From assembly GCA_001002285.1 (NCBI GenBank), contig LCLX01000001.1, forward strand, positions 128,030-192,029: a stretch of 64,000 nucleotides of DNA, read 5' to 3'. Numbering within the stretch: position 1 is the stretch's first letter; each line of letters opens with the position of its first letter. Source of the DNA: Microgenomates group bacterium GW2011_GWC1_46_15. Lineage in GTDB: Bacteria > Patescibacteriota > Microgenomatia > UBA1400 > UBA12028. The notes beneath the pieces were generated by a model. It made no database searches, was not told where the DNA came from, and saw only the letters and a program-made list of their open reading frames with translations. This document shows, in pieces, positions 39,632 to 50,289 of this stretch. A program made the translations under genes and the position numbers.

Positions 39632-39855
39632 AAATATTTACGGGTGTCGTTACATCAGCAAAGATGCCAAAGACAGTAACGGTAAAAGTAGAGCGTTTGT
39701 TTCCGCATCCAAAATATGGCAAGCGGATCAAAGTGACGAAAAAGTTTCTTTGCCACGATGAGGTCGGGGTAAAAGAAGGCGATGTGGTGACGATTCAAGA
39801 AACCCGCCCATTAAGCGCGAGAAAACGGTTTAAAGTTGTAAAGAAGGAAGTGTAA
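39628..39855 (+). CDS. rpsQ: 30S ribosomal protein S17
   Basis: 75 aa; [40 protein letters not shown]. Confidence 0.92.
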   Translation: MKIFTGVVTSAKMPKTVTVKVERLFPHPKYGKRIKVTKKFLCHDEVGVKEGDVVTIQETRPLSARKRFKVVKKEV

Positions 39856-40230
39856 ATGATTCAGTTACGGTCAGTGATTACATCAGCAGATAACACGGGG
39901 GCAAAAAGGCTCATGATTGTCCACGTCCACGGGGGATCAATCCGCCCGTACGGTTCGTTGGGCGACACCGTGACAGCGTCGGTTATTCAGGCAGCTCCGC
40001 AGGGTATGGTGAAAAAAGGCGAGATGGTGAAAGCGGTGATTGTGCGCACAAGAAAAGAAGTACGGAGAAAAGACGGAAGTTACATCCGGTTTGATGACAA
40101 TGCGGCAGTAATCATTCAAGATCTCGAAAATGGCGAACCAAAAGGAACGCGCGTGTTTGGTCCAATCGCCCGCGAGGTCAAAGAGGCCGGCTTTGCAAAA
40201 ATCGCTTCGTTGGCAAAGGAAGTCGTATAA
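39856..40230 (+). CDS. rplN: 50S ribosomal protein L14
   Basis: [27 protein letters not shown]... Confidence 0.93.
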   Translation: MIQLRSVITSADNTGAKRLMIVHVHGGSIRPYGSLGDTVTASVIQAAPQGMVKKGEMVKAVIVRTRKEVRRKDGSYIRFDDNAAVIIQDLENGEPKGTRVFGPIAREVKEAGFAKIASLAKEVV

Positions 40231-40239
40231 AGGATATCT

Positions 40240-40551
40240 ATGAAACTAAGAAAAAATGACATTGTGATCGTAACAGCAGGCAAAGACAAAGGGAAACAAG
40301 GAAAGATTCTTAGCGTTTTCCCAAAAGAAATGCAGGTCACCGTGGAAGGCGCGAATAAGTACACAAAGCACGTTCGTAAACAGGGCGAGCGCAGTGGTGA
40401 AAAAGTTGTCCGCGAACGCCCGCTCCCAACCGCGAACGTCGCGATCTACAATCCTACAACGAAAAAAGCGGACAGAGTTGCGTACATGATCGACAAACAG
40501 GGAAACAAAATCCGCATGTTTGCGAAAACAAAGAAAGCGATTGAATCATGA
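40240..40551 (+). CDS. rplX: 50S ribosomal protein L24
   Basis: MKLRKNDIVIVTAGKDKGKQGKILSV (KOW motif). Confidence 0.92.
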   Translation: MKLRKNDIVIVTAGKDKGKQGKILSVFPKEMQVTVEGANKYTKHVRKQGERSGEKVVRERPLPTANVAIYNPTTKKADRVAYMIDKQGNKIRMFAKTKKAIES

Positions 40552-41105
40552 ACAGACTCCATAAAACATACATAGAAACAATCCTGCCGGCGCTCAAAAA
40601 AGAATTTGGACGGGAAAACACGTTGTCCATTCCACGGTTGACGAAAATTGTCGTGAGTGTTGGCGTGGGAACAAAAGAGGATAACCATGATAAAGCATTG
40701 GTAAGCGTTGCAGAACAGCTCGCAATCATTACCGGCCAAAAACCAAAGAAAACCATCGCAAAACAAGCGATCGCGGGATTCAAAACACGCCAAGGTGATG
40801 TGATCGGCCTCATGGTAACGCTTCACGGAGACAGAATGTGGGAGTTTATGGATAAGTTAAGCAGCATCGTGCTCCCACGCGTGAAAGACTTTCAGGGGAT
40901 TTCAAATACGGGATTTGATGGGCACGGAAACTACAATCTTGGTATGACTGAACAGATTGTGTTTCCAGAGATAGAATATGATAAAATTGACCGCATTCGT
41001 GGTCTCCAAGTAACGATTGTGACGTCGGCAAAAAATGACGTGGAAGCAAAAAAACTTCTCGTCTTGCTCGGTGTTCCATTCGCAAAAGTGGAGAGTGCGT
41101 CATAA
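40548..41105 (+). CDS. rplE: 50S ribosomal protein L5
   Basis: 185 aa; IPRLTKIVVSVGVG...RGLQVTIVTSAK. Confidence 0.93.
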   Translation: MNRLHKTYIETILPALKKEFGRENTLSIPRLTKIVVSVGVGTKEDNHDKALVSVAEQLAIITGQKPKKTIAKQAIAGFKTRQGDVIGLMVTLHGDRMWEFMDKLSSIVLPRVKDFQGISNTGFDGHGNYNLGMTEQIVFPEIEYDKIDRIRGLQVTIVTSAKNDVEAKKLLVLLGVPFAKVESAS

Positions 41106-41121
41106 ATGAGAGGGGATACGT

Positions 41122-41316
41122 ATGGCAAAAATATCGAAAATTAATAAAACAAACAAGCAGAACAAATCGGGAAAATTCTCGACGCGCAAAATGCACAGAT
41201 GTTCGTTGTGTGGCAGACCACGCGCGTACATCCGCCTTTTTGGCGTATGCCGGTTGTGTTTCCGCGAACTTGTTGCAAAAGGAGAACTGCCGGGAGTGAC
41301 GAAAGCGAGTTTTTAA
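41122..41316 (+). CDS. rpsZ: 30S ribosomal protein S14 type Z (zinc-binding)
   Basis: 64 aa; [25 protein letters not shown] (C4 zinc ribbon). Confidence 0.92.
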   Translation: MAKISKINKTNKQNKSGKFSTRKMHRCSLCGRPRAYIRLFGVCRLCFRELVAKGELPGVTKASF

Positions 41317-41324
41317 AGGGAGAT

Positions 41325-41714
41325 ATGACAGATACTATTGCTGACATGATTACAAGACTGCGGAATGGATACGCCGCGCATAAAACGACTGTAGATATGC
41401 CGCACTCAAAACAAAAAGAGGCGATTGGTCGTTTGCTCGAAAAAGAGCAGTACATTGAAAAACTCGAGGTTACCGGCGAAGGTGTTGAAAAAGCACTTGT
41501 ATTATCGCTCAAGTACACAGAAAAGAGACCAGTATTAACAGGTATCGTGCGTCTTTCAAAGCCGGGCTTGCGCAAGTACAGTCCAGCAAACCGCATTCCA
41601 CGCTCATTGGGTGGATACGGATTGACGATTGTGTCAACGAGTATGGGCATTATGAGTGACAAAGAAGCGAAAAAGAAAGGTGTTGGAGGAGAACTGCTTT
41701 GCAGTGTCTGGTAA
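41325..41714 (+). CDS. rpsH: 30S ribosomal protein S8
   Basis: Start MTDTIADMITRLRNGYAAHK... at the ATG at 41325, in frame with the longer track ORF that begins at 41199. Confidence 0.92.
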   Translation: MTDTIADMITRLRNGYAAHKTTVDMPHSKQKEAIGRLLEKEQYIEKLEVTGEGVEKALVLSLKYTEKRPVLTGIVRLSKPGLRKYSPANRIPRSLGGYGLTIVSTSMGIMSDKEAKKKGVGGELLCSVW

Positions 41715-41719
41715 AACAT

Positions 41720-42277
41720 ATGTCAAGAATTGGAAATACCGCAATCACTATTCCGCAGGGAGTTACGGTTACCGTGCAGGAAGGTTTTATTCTTGTAAAA
41801 GGGCCGAAGGGTGAACTGCGCGAAAACATGCAACCCAGTATCGAAGTTTCGATTGCCGATGGTATTGTGCGTGTTTCACGCAAGGGTGAAGATAAGCAGG
41901 TAAAGTCTTCTCATGGACTTGTGCGCAGTCTTATCAACAACATGATTATTGGGGTAACGCAGGGATTTGAGAAGCGTTTAGAAATGGTTGGGACAGGATA
42001 CCGCGCTGCGTTGCAAGGAACAACGTTGGTTCTCGCGGTTGGTTTTTCCCATCCAGTGGAAGTTGCCCAGCCACAAGGCATCACGTTTGCTGTTGATGGA
42101 AATAGCAAGATCTCTATAAAAGGCATCAGCAAACACGATGTTGGACAGATTGCCGCAAACATCCGCGACATTAAACCTCCTGAGCCGTACAAAGGCAAAG
42201 GAATTAAGTATGAGGGTGAAGTTGTCCGCAGAAAAGCAGGAAAGGCTGTAAAGGCAGTAGGAGCGGCGACGGCATAA
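41720..42277 (+). CDS. rplF: 50S ribosomal protein L6
   Basis: MSRIGNTAITIPQGVTVTV...GISKHDVGQIAANIRDIKPPEPYKGKGIKY. Confidence 0.92.
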   Translation: MSRIGNTAITIPQGVTVTVQEGFILVKGPKGELRENMQPSIEVSIADGIVRVSRKGEDKQVKSSHGLVRSLINNMIIGVTQGFEKRLEMVGTGYRAALQGTTLVLAVGFSHPVEVAQPQGITFAVDGNSKISIKGISKHDVGQIAANIRDIKPPEPYKGKGIKYEGEVVRRKAGKAVKAVGAATA

Positions 42278-42312
42278 AAATCGGCATTACCGCTGATACA
42301 ACAAGGAAAACT

Positions 42313-42666
42313 ATGAGTAAAATACATCACACAGTTACAGCAGCAGACCGCAGAAAGAAGAGAGTCCGCGCGAAGCTTCACGGAACGAAAGATCGCCCGC
42401 GCGCAAGTGTACAGCGATCAAGTAAACACGTGTACATACAAGCAATTGACGACGATGCGTGTGTAACATTGGTAGCCGCGTCGGAACACGATGTTGAAGA
42501 AAAAGGAACAAAGATTGAGCGCGCAACAATGGTTGCGAAAGCGTTTGCCGAAAAATTGAAAAAAGCAAAGATCACAACGGTTGTGTTTGATAGAGGAAGT
42601 TACCGGTATTTTGGACGCGTCAAAGCAGTTGCTGATGCGCTCAGAGAAGCAGGAATAAAAGTATGA
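42313..42666 (+). CDS. rplR: 50S ribosomal protein L18
   Basis: 117 aa; RLSVQRSSKHVYIQAIDD...VVFDRGSYRYFGRVKAVADALREAG. Confidence 0.92.
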   Translation: MSKIHHTVTAADRRKKRVRAKLHGTKDRPRASVQRSSKHVYIQAIDDDACVTLVAASEHDVEEKGTKIERATMVAKAFAEKLKKAKITTVVFDRGSYRYFGRVKAVADALREAGIKV

Positions 42667-43394
42667 GAAGTAACACACAGCGTCGTGATAATCGGCAGGA
42701 TCGCGAACCAAAAGAGTTCGAGGAAAAAGTTGTTCAGATTAACCGCGTTTCAAAGAAAACGAAAGGTGGTAATCAATCTGGATTTTCCGCGCTTGTTGTT
42801 GTCGGCAATAAAAAAGGAAAAGTCGGTGTTGGACTTGGCAAAGCAAAAGACGTAGCTTCGGCCGTGCAAAAAGGTGTGAAGAAAGCAAAACGCAAAATGT
42901 TGGATATCCCAATGGATGGAACAACGATTCCATTCGCGATTAACATGAAGTTGGGTGCGGCACACATTTTGTTGAAGCCCGCTCCACCTGGAAGTGGAAT
43001 TATTGCCGGCGGTGCAGTCCGCGCGGTTGTTGATGCCGCTGGAATCCGTGACATTTCAAGCAAAATTAAAGGAACATCAAACCAAGCATCGAACGTGTAC
43101 GCGACGCTTGAAGCACTCCGCCAAATCCGCGACATTGTTGCGAATAAAGGCATCGTATTGAAGTCTGCGGAACAAGTTGAGCGTGAAGAAAGAGAAGCGC
43201 TCAAACGACAGTTTGAAAAAGAACATCCAAAAGAAGTTTCACCAGTTAAAACAGAACAAAAAGTGGAGCAAAAGAAAAAACCAGAAGTAAAAAAAGAACA
43301 AAAGGTAGAACCAAAACCCAAAGTAGAACCCAAAGCAGAACCAAAAACAGCACCGAAAACAGAGGTAAAGGAAAAAGATAACGCGAAAGCATAA
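42663..43394 (+). CDS. rpsE: 30S ribosomal protein S5 with K/E/P-rich C-terminal extension
   Basis: VVQINRVSKKTKGG...ALVVVGNKKGKVGVGLGKAKDVASAVQKG...GSGIIAGGAVRAV; ~75-aa tail EQKVEQKKKPEVKKEQKVEPKPK... Confidence 0.93.
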   Translation: MRSNTQRRDNRQDREPKEFEEKVVQINRVSKKTKGGNQSGFSALVVVGNKKGKVGVGLGKAKDVASAVQKGVKKAKRKMLDIPMDGTTIPFAINMKLGAAHILLKPAPPGSGIIAGGAVRAVVDAAGIRDISSKIKGTSNQASNVYATLEALRQIRDIVANKGIVLKSAEQVEREEREALKRQFEKEHPKEVSPVKTEQKVEQKKKPEVKKEQKVEPKPKVEPKAEPKTAPKTEVKEKDNAKA

Positions 43395-43397
43395 TCT

Positions 43398-43835
43398 ATG
43401 AAATTGAATACATTACCACCAGTCTCAGAAGTTGGAAAAAAGCGGTTGGGACGCGGGTACGGTTCTGGCAAGGGCGGGCACACATCCGGCCGTGGAACCA
43501 AAGGCCAGCGATCACGCACGGGCAAAGGTATTCCACTGTGGTTTGAGGGTGGAGCGCTTCCATTAATCAAACGTTTGCCATTTATCCGTGGAAAGTCCCG
43601 CTTTGGATCAATTGACCGCAAACCACAGCTTGTGACACTCGCCGAACTCAACGCATTAAAAGAAAAAGAAATAACTCCCGAAGTGCTTTTTGCGCACAAA
43701 CTTATCCACAACGTTCATCTTTCGGTAAAAATCGTTGGAAAAGGCGAACTTAAAAACACGTACGTTCTACACAATATTCGGGCGTCGGGCCCCGCGAAGG
43801 CGCTGATTGAAAAAGCCGGCGGAACACTCGACTGA
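43398..43835 (+). CDS. rplO: 50S ribosomal protein L15. It directly follows S5, with no L30 gene between them
   Basis: [37 protein letters not shown]. Confidence 0.92.
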   Translation: MKLNTLPPVSEVGKKRLGRGYGSGKGGHTSGRGTKGQRSRTGKGIPLWFEGGALPLIKRLPFIRGKSRFGSIDRKPQLVTLAELNALKEKEITPEVLFAHKLIHNVHLSVKIVGKGELKNTYVLHNIRASGPAKALIEKAGGTLD

Positions 43836-43848
43836 AAGGGTAAGACCA

Positions 43849-45135
43849 GTGAATCGAGTCACATCGATACTTCGTAGTATCTGGTCAACACACGAGTTAC
43901 GGAAGAAACTGCTGTTTACCGCGGGCATGTTTTTGGTATTCAGACTTCTCGGCCATATCCCCGTTCCCTCTGTTGATATTCTTAGCCTCCGGGCATTATT
44001 CGCGCAAAGCCAACTTCTTGGAATGATTGATATTTTTTCCGGCGGAACGCTCGCGAATTTTTCGATTCTAGCAATCGGTATTAACCCCTACATCACTGCG
44101 TCTATCATCATGCAGTTAGCGACATTTTTGTTTCCAAAACTCAAAGAACTCTCCAAAGAAGGCGAGTCCGGCCGCGAGCTCATCAACCAGTACACGCGGT
44201 TGCTTACCGTTCCAGTCGCGGTCATTCAAAGCATTAGTGTATTGCTGATTCTCAACGGCCAATCGCTCATTCAAACAAAAGATCCACTACATATTGTCGC
44301 GATGATCTTCACATTGGTTGCGGGTTCACTTATCACGGTATGGATTGGTGAACTTATTACGTTGTACGGTATCGGCAATGGTATTTCATTATTGATCTTT
44401 GCTGGAATTGTCGGCCGTGTACCAATTTCTGCGCTCCAAACATTATCGATTTCTCAAACAATCAATCCATTTATGCTGATTTTCATCGCGTTTATGGCGG
44501 TTGTTGTTATCGGACTGATGGTGTTTATGAATGAAGCCATCCGAAAAGTCCCCATTCAATACGCGACGCGCGCGCGCGGAAGCAGAACATACGGTGGACA
44601 GACAACTCACCTGCCGTTGCGCGTCAACCAGGCCGGCGTACTCCCCATCATTTTCGCGGTCTCATTTATGCTCGTTCCAAGTTTACTGGCGCGGGTTTTT
44701 CAGCAAGCAAATCAGCCGTTTTTGAACTCGATCGCGACAACCATGACTGCATGGTTCCAGCCGGGTTCGATTGTGTACACCATCATCTACTTTGTGTTAG
44801 TCGTCGCCTTTACCTACTTCTCAACCGCGGTGTTGTTTAATCCCAAAGATTTGGCAGAAGACCTTAAGAAGAGTGGTGCCTTTATTCCAGGAATGCGTCC
44901 TGGAAAGCCAACAGAGAACTACTTAACATATGTCATTACAAGGATTACAATTGCGGGCGCTGTCTTTTTAGGAGTCGTCGCGATTCTGCCCTCCATTGCT
45001 CAGCAGTTTACTGGAATCTCGACGCTCACGATCGGTGGGACGGGGTTGTTGATCGTTGTGTCGGTTGTGTTGGAAACAGCCAAACAACTGCAGTCTATGC
45101 TGGTCGCGCAGCACTATGAACGGTTTTTATCGTAA
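43849..45135 (+). CDS. secY: Preprotein translocase subunit SecY
   Basis: 10 TM helices; [31 protein letters not shown]. Start taken as GTG 43849 after AAAGGG. The alternative ATG at 43807 overlaps rplO. Confidence 0.88.
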   Translation: MNRVTSILRSIWSTHELRKKLLFTAGMFLVFRLLGHIPVPSVDILSLRALFAQSQLLGMIDIFSGGTLANFSILAIGINPYITASIIMQLATFLFPKLKELSKEGESGRELINQYTRLLTVPVAVIQSISVLLILNGQSLIQTKDPLHIVAMIFTLVAGSLITVWIGELITLYGIGNGISLLIFAGIVGRVPISALQTLSISQTINPFMLIFIAFMAVVVIGLMVFMNEAIRKVPIQYATRARGSRTYGGQTTHLPLRVNQAGVLPIIFAVSFMLVPSLLARVFQQANQPFLNSIATTMTAWFQPGSIVYTIIYFVLVVAFTYFSTAVLFNPKDLAEDLKKSGAFIPGMRPGKPTENYLTYVITRITIAGAVFLGVVAILPSIAQQFTGISTLTIGGTGLLIVVSVVLETAKQLQSMLVAQHYERFLS

Positions 45136-45159
45136 ACGGAACAAAACAGGAGACTATAT

Positions 45160-45702
45160 ATGTTAAAACTTATTTTGATCGGCATTCAGGGAGCCGGAAA
45201 ATCAACACAAGGAAACTTATTGTCGCAGAAACTCGACATTCCCTACTTGTCTAGCGGACACATTTTCCGCGAAATGGCAAAGGAAAAAACCCCGCTCGGC
45301 CGGTTTTTGAAAGAAACAATGAACGCGGGCGCGCTTATTCCCGACGACAAAACAATCGAAATTATCGAAGAGTACTTAGCCAAACCCGAGTATGCAAAAG
45401 GATACATTTTAGATGGATTCCCACGCACAACCAAACAGGCCGAGATCTTTTCGAACGGCGTAGACAAAGTGATTTATCTCAAAGTTTCTGATAAAGAAGC
45501 GCTGTGGAGGATCTCTGGGCGTATGAGTGACCGTGAAGACGAAACGCTCATGGCAATCCGCAAGCGCATCGAACTGTTTCACGAGTTTACGGAGCCGGTA
45601 ATCGCGTACTACGGATCACAAGGAAGACTGGTTGAGGTAGACGGAGAACGGGACATTCAGGAAATCTTTAATGACATCCTCACACATGTTGAAGCAAAGT
45701 GA
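45160..45702 (+). CDS. adk: Adenylate kinase (short type, no Zn lid)
   Basis: 180 aa; P-loop GIQGAGKSTQ, SSGHIFRE, LDGFPRT. Confidence 0.9.
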   Translation: MLKLILIGIQGAGKSTQGNLLSQKLDIPYLSSGHIFREMAKEKTPLGRFLKETMNAGALIPDDKTIEIIEEYLAKPEYAKGYILDGFPRTTKQAEIFSNGVDKVIYLKVSDKEALWRISGRMSDREDETLMAIRKRIELFHEFTEPVIAYYGSQGRLVEVDGERDIQEIFNDILTHVEAK

Positions 45703-46459
45703 TAACGAGCGTATTTCTGCGATGCGTGAAGGCGGTAAAATTCTCGCTCGCGTTCGTGAAGAGATTGTCCGAACAATACAACCAGGGGTTTCATTTGAAG
45801 AGCTTGAACAGACCGCGCAACTATGGCTCAAAAAACTCCGAGCAGAACCTTCTTTTCCAACCGTTGAAGGATACCAATGGGCGACGTGTATCACTAAAAA
45901 TGAAGGGTGTTGCCATGGGATCCCCAAGAATGGCGTTGTTAACAACGGCGACATTATGACCATAGACACGGGGGCGTTGTACAAAGGCTATCATACCGAT
46001 ACCTCGATTACCGTATGCGCGGGGACGTGCACAAAAGAGGTTCTGCGTTTTCTTGAAGTTGGCCGCCAGGCGTTAAAAGCCGCTATTGCCCGGGTTTTAC
46101 CTGGAAACACTATCTACGTGGTAAGCCAGGCAATGCAAGATGTCATTGAGAAGGCGGGGTACCGGTCTGTGTACCAGCTTACAGGGCATGGAATTGGCAA
46201 AACGCTCCACATGCTCCCCAACATTCCGTGTTATGCAGACGAACGGAGCAAAAAGGACATTATTCAGGAGGGGCAGACGCTTGCGATTGAGCCCATGTAC
46301 GCCTGGGGAAATCCCACGTTGGCGCTTGGGAAAGACGGCTGGACGTATGAAACCGTAGACAAGTCCTTGACTGGGATGTTTGAACACACTGTGGTTGCGT
46401 GGAACGATGGCCCAGAGGTGCTAACGGATTCCCCTCTTGAGAAAGGTCAAGGCATCTGA
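45671..46459 (+). CDS. map: Methionine aminopeptidase type I
   Basis: Metal ligands in conserved context (CHGIP, MTIDTG, HTDTSITV, TGHGIG, AIEPM). The start may be the downstream ATG at 45686, since this one overlaps the adk 3' end. Confidence 0.88.
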   Translation: MTSSHMLKQSDNERISAMREGGKILARVREEIVRTIQPGVSFEELEQTAQLWLKKLRAEPSFPTVEGYQWATCITKNEGCCHGIPKNGVVNNGDIMTIDTGALYKGYHTDTSITVCAGTCTKEVLRFLEVGRQALKAAIARVLPGNTIYVVSQAMQDVIEKAGYRSVYQLTGHGIGKTLHMLPNIPCYADERSKKDIIQEGQTLAIEPMYAWGNPTLALGKDGWTYETVDKSLTGMFEHTVVAWNDGPEVLTDSPLEKGQGI

Positions 46460-46520
46460 TAGAATGCGCAAAGCCTCAAAGGAGGCATTGTTTTTCTTTG
46501 CTAAAAACACATTGGAGGAT

Positions 46521-46760
46521 ATGGCAGATAAGCAGGATATATTTGAAGTCGAAGGAGAAGTACTTGAGGTGCTTCCCAACATGATGTTCCGTGTCATGGT
46601 GAAGTCGGGCCCGGAAGACTTGGTTGGAAGAATGCTCCTGTGCACACTCGCTGGAAAAATGCGGATGTACAGAATCAGGGTTTTACTCGGAGATATGATC
46701 AAGGCAGAAGTATCGAAGTATGACATGTCGAGAGGTAGAATTACGTTTAGAGTGAAGTAA
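46521..46760 (+). CDS. infA: Translation initiation factor IF-1
   Basis: [25 protein letters not shown]...[14 protein letters not shown]...RGRITFRVK, with GGAGG SD upstream. The track ORF starts 84 nt earlier. Confidence 0.88.
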   Translation: MADKQDIFEVEGEVLEVLPNMMFRVMVKSGPEDLVGRMLLCTLAGKMRMYRIRVLLGDMIKAEVSKYDMSRGRITFRVK

Positions 46761-46762
46761 CT

Positions 46763-46876
46763 ATGAAAGTAAAAGCATCAATTAAACCACGGTGTAAAGA
46801 CTGCAAAGCGGTCCGTCGCCATGGCAAGCGATACATTGTCTGTAAAAACCCCAAACATAAACAGAGGCAAGGATAA
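46763..46876 (+). CDS. rpmJ: 50S ribosomal protein L36
   Basis: Hand-translated 37 aa [37 protein letters not shown] (C3H zinc ribbon). Shorter than the 60-aa cutoff the ORF track appears to use. Confidence 0.85.
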   Translation: MKVKASIKPRCKDCKAVRRHGKRYIVCKNPKHKQRQG

Positions 46877-46879
46877 ATC

Positions 46880-47308
46880 ATGCCCCGTATCGTAGGAATT
46901 GATATACCAGTACAGAAAAAAACATACGTTGCGTTGACATACGTGTACGGCGTTGGACGGCACAATGTCCGAGACATTTTGAAAGAAGCACATGTTGACG
47001 GCGACAAACGCGCAAAAGACTTAACGGTTGATGAAATCGCACGTCTTCAGCGCATTTTAGATAAAGTAAATACCGAGGGAAACCTCCGCAGAATGATCCG
47101 CGAAAATATTGAACGACTTAAGCGGATTGGATCATACCGCGGCGGACGGCATATGCACGGGCTTCCGGTCCGTGGACAGCGGACACGCGTGAATGCCCGC
47201 ACACGCAAGGGTAAGAAAAAGACGGTTGGAGCGCTTACAAAAGAGGCGGCAGAGAAACTTGGAGTGGTAGCGCCAGCAGACGCAGAAAAAACAAAAGAAA
47301 AGAAGTAG
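46880..47308 (+). CDS. rpsM: 30S ribosomal protein S13
   Basis: MPRIVGIDIPVQKKTYVALTYVYGVG...YRGGRHMHGLPVRGQRTRVNARTRKG. Confidence 0.93.
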   Translation: MPRIVGIDIPVQKKTYVALTYVYGVGRHNVRDILKEAHVDGDKRAKDLTVDEIARLQRILDKVNTEGNLRRMIRENIERLKRIGSYRGGRHMHGLPVRGQRTRVNARTRKGKKKTVGALTKEAAEKLGVVAPADAEKTKEKK

Positions 47309-47328
47309 CGCGTGAAAGGTAGATAGAT

Positions 47329-47715
47329 ATGGCAGATGAAACAACACCAATAAAAAAAGTGAAGCGGCACGTTCCAAAAGGACATATGTACGTGCAGGCG
47401 ACATTTAATAACACGATCGCAACAGTGACGGACGAACAGGGAAACACGCTCTGCTGGGGATCCACAGGAAACGCTGGATTTTCTGGATCGAGAAAATCAA
47501 CACCATACGCCGCAACGATGAGTGTTGAAAAAGCAGTATCAAAAGCAAAAGAGTTTGGAATGCGGTACATGGACGTGTTTATCAAAGGCCCAGGACCGGG
47601 CCGTGATGCAGCGCTTCGTGCGGTGCGTGCGGCAGGCATTCAAGTGTCCATGATCGCGGACGTTACACCGATTCCACACAATGGCACAAAACCAAGAAAG
47701 TTGAGACATGGCTAG
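47329..47715 (+). CDS. rpsK: 30S ribosomal protein S11
   Basis: HVQATFNNTIATVTDEQGNTLCWGSTGNAGFSGSRKSTPYAA. Confidence 0.93.
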   Translation: MADETTPIKKVKRHVPKGHMYVQATFNNTIATVTDEQGNTLCWGSTGNAGFSGSRKSTPYAATMSVEKAVSKAKEFGMRYMDVFIKGPGPGRDAALRAVRAAGIQVSMIADVTPIPHNGTKPRKLRHG

Positions 47716-48316
47716 ACGGACAGGACCAAAAAACAGATTAGCGCGCAGAATTGGGGCAGATCTTGGTCTCAAAACGAACGCGCTCAAAACAAACCGTCGC
47801 ATCAACATCCGGCCGGGACTGCACGGGAAAAAGCAGCGCCGCAAAGGGACAGAGTACGGTGAACAGCTTACAGAAAAACAAAAAGTGAAGTTTATCTATG
47901 GTGTTTTAGAAAAACAGTTGCGCAAGTTGTATGAAAAAGCGACAAAAACACCAGCATCAACAGGGAAAGTTCTTCTCTCACTGCTTGAGCGGAGGTTGGA
48001 CAACGTGGTGTATCGGCTTGGATTTGCGCCAACCCGCGCTGCTGCCCGCCAAATGACCGCGCATGGACAAGTCAGAGTAAATGGAGCAAAGGTGAGTATC
48101 CCATCCTACTCGGTAACGATTGGAGAGGTCATCTCGCTGTCGGACAAAGGAATGAAGATTCCGGTTGTCGCAGAGTTATTGAAAGAAAAAGATAAGGCAG
48201 TTCCAGGATGGTTGGAACGCAGTGCGGCGGTTGGAAAAGTTTCCCGCCTTCCTGAAAGAGAAGAGATTGACGCAGGTATTAATGAGCAGCTGATTGTTGA
48301 GTTCTACAGCCGCTAA
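47708..48316 (+). CDS. rpsD: 30S ribosomal protein S4
   Basis: MARRTGPKNRLARRIG..., S4 RNA-binding domain RLDNVVYRLGFAPTRAAARQMTAHGQVRVNG. Confidence 0.93.
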   Translation: MARRTGPKNRLARRIGADLGLKTNALKTNRRINIRPGLHGKKQRRKGTEYGEQLTEKQKVKFIYGVLEKQLRKLYEKATKTPASTGKVLLSLLERRLDNVVYRLGFAPTRAAARQMTAHGQVRVNGAKVSIPSYSVTIGEVISLSDKGMKIPVVAELLKEKDKAVPGWLERSAAVGKVSRLPEREEIDAGINEQLIVEFYSR

Positions 48317-48432
48317 TATGTGTCGAAGAACAAAGGTATTGAAAAGTATACGTTGTTGATTGAAACAGAAGTGCGCCAGATGGTAGATGGAGCACGGGAC
48401 CCAATCAACATATAAAAGAAAAGGAGACTACC

Positions 48433-49353
48433 ATGATCCAACCAACATTTACCGTCGCTGAAGAGCAGAAAAAAGACGGATACGCGAAACTCGTTCTTGA
48501 GCCATTGGCACAAGGATACGGGCATACGCTTGGGAACGCATTGCGCAGAGTCATGCTTTCTTCGTTGCCTGGTTTTGCCATTACATCGGTAAAAATTCAG
48601 GGCGTGAATCATCAATTCACAACGCTCGAAGGGCTTCGTGAAGATATCGTCGAACTTGTCCTCAACATCAAACAGATCCGCCTCCGTTCAACAGTGAACA
48701 GCGCGGTTACACTGAAAATTGATGTTAAAGGAAAATCTGAAGTCACGGCAAAAGACATTGAAGCGCCAGCGGGTGTTGAAGTTGTGAACAAAGACCTCCA
48801 CCTCGCTTCGTTGTCCGACAAAACCGGTCTGCACGTTGAGTTAACGGCAGAACCCGGCGTTGGATACTCAATGGAAAGCGAGCGCAGAAGTTCCACAATT
48901 GGTATTATCCCAGTGGATGCGTTGTTCTCGCCTGTCGTAAAAGTTGCATACTCTATTGAGTCAACACGCGTTGGCCGCAGAACAGACTTTGACAAACTCG
49001 TTCTTCAGGTGTGGACAAATGGAACGATCGAGCCAAAGGCGGCGCTGGATGAAGCGGCAAAGATTTTGGTTGCCCATTTCCAACAGGTGTATAACCCAAT
49101 GATTGTTGAAGCGGTTGAAGAGGGTAAACCAGTTATGGCGGGACAGTTGGGTGACGCGATGAAGTTGACTGTCGAAGAGTTAGATCTTCCAACACGTATC
49201 GCGAACGCATTGCGCAAGGGCGGATACAAAACGGTTGAGGACCTCATAAAAGCAACACGCGGCGAAATCGCAAAGGTGAAAAATCTTGGTGAGAAAAGTG
49301 TAAAAACCGTTGAAGACGGTGTCAATAAGAAAGGATTCTCGCTCAAAGACTAG
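48433..49353 (+). CDS. rpoA: DNA-directed RNA polymerase subunit alpha
   Basis: 306 aa; LEPLAQGYGHTLGNALRRVMLSSLPG (NTD), and C-terminal alphaCTD HhH LDLPTRIANALRKGGYKTVEDL. Confidence 0.93.
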   Translation: MIQPTFTVAEEQKKDGYAKLVLEPLAQGYGHTLGNALRRVMLSSLPGFAITSVKIQGVNHQFTTLEGLREDIVELVLNIKQIRLRSTVNSAVTLKIDVKGKSEVTAKDIEAPAGVEVVNKDLHLASLSDKTGLHVELTAEPGVGYSMESERRSSTIGIIPVDALFSPVVKVAYSIESTRVGRRTDFDKLVLQVWTNGTIEPKAALDEAAKILVAHFQQVYNPMIVEAVEEGKPVMAGQLGDAMKLTVEELDLPTRIANALRKGGYKTVEDLIKATRGEIAKVKNLGEKSVKTVEDGVNKKGFSLKD

Positions 49354-49388
49354 TTTTTAATAACTAGGCGGATAGAAGAACAACGCAT

Positions 49389-49835
49389 ATGAGACACCGA
49401 CTTGCAGGAAGAACACTCGGAAGAAACACCAATCAGCGTAAAAAGCTGTTCAAAAACTTGGTGAGTTCGCTCATCGTGCACGGTGAGATCAAAACAACCG
49501 AAGCACGCGCGAAAGCTATCCGTGGCGTTGTGGATAAAATGATCCACAGAGCACAAGAGGGTACTATCGCGGCCCGCAGAGTGCTTGCGAAGTTCTTTGG
49601 CAAGAACGATATGGTGAATCGCCTTGTTGATGAGATTGCGCCGGCTATGAAAGATCGTACGAGTGGATTTACACGTATTCTTCATCTCGAAAACCGCAGG
49701 GGAGACGATGCGTTATTGGTGAAGATGGAGCTTGTTGTTAAGCCAGCGCCTCGAGTTATGCCAGAAAAGAAAGTGATAAAAAAGACGGTGAAAAAGGGTG
49801 TGGCTCCGTCTGCTGAAAAGAAAGTGGAAAAGTAA
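49389..49835 (+). CDS. rplQ: 50S ribosomal protein L17
   Basis: MRHRLAGRTLGRNTNQRKKLFKNLVSSLIVHGEIKTT; ~30-aa K/V-rich C-terminal tail. Confidence 0.92.
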   Translation: MRHRLAGRTLGRNTNQRKKLFKNLVSSLIVHGEIKTTEARAKAIRGVVDKMIHRAQEGTIAARRVLAKFFGKNDMVNRLVDEIAPAMKDRTSGFTRILHLENRRGDDALLVKMELVVKPAPRVMPEKKVIKKTVKKGVAPSAEKKVEK

Positions 49836-50279
49836 ATGAGAACACTTACGTTTATGCAAAAACCAGCAGGACTCAAGCGCGAATGGAAGCTTGTTGACGT
49901 CAAAGGCAAAGTGCTTGGTGATGTCGCTCCGGAAATCGCGAGAATGCTGTTGGGAAAGACAAAGTCGACATACACTCCGCACATTGACTGTGGAGATTAT
50001 GTTATCGTCATCAACGCAAGACACGTTGTGGTGACGGGCAAAAAAGAAAACACTAAGATGTACTACCTGCACTCGGGATTCCCCGGCGGGTTGAGAAAAG
50101 AAACATTCGCGCAGGTGATGGAGAAAAATCCAGCACGCATTATCGAGCACGCTGTTCGTGGAATGTTGCCAAAAAATAAATTGCTCACGCCGCGTATGAG
50201 AAGAATGAAAGTGTTTAGTGAAGCAGAACATACATATGCAGATAAGTTTGGCAAAGCACACACGAAAGCGGAAAAATAA
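49836..50279 (+). CDS. rplM: 50S ribosomal protein L13
   Basis: KREWKLVDVKGKVLG..., HIDCGDYVIVINA, MLPKNKL. Confidence 0.92.
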   Translation: MRTLTFMQKPAGLKREWKLVDVKGKVLGDVAPEIARMLLGKTKSTYTPHIDCGDYVIVINARHVVVTGKKENTKMYYLHSGFPGGLRKETFAQVMEKNPARIIEHAVRGMLPKNKLLTPRMRRMKVFSEAEHTYADKFGKAHTKAEK

Positions 50280-50289
50280 CGGAGATACT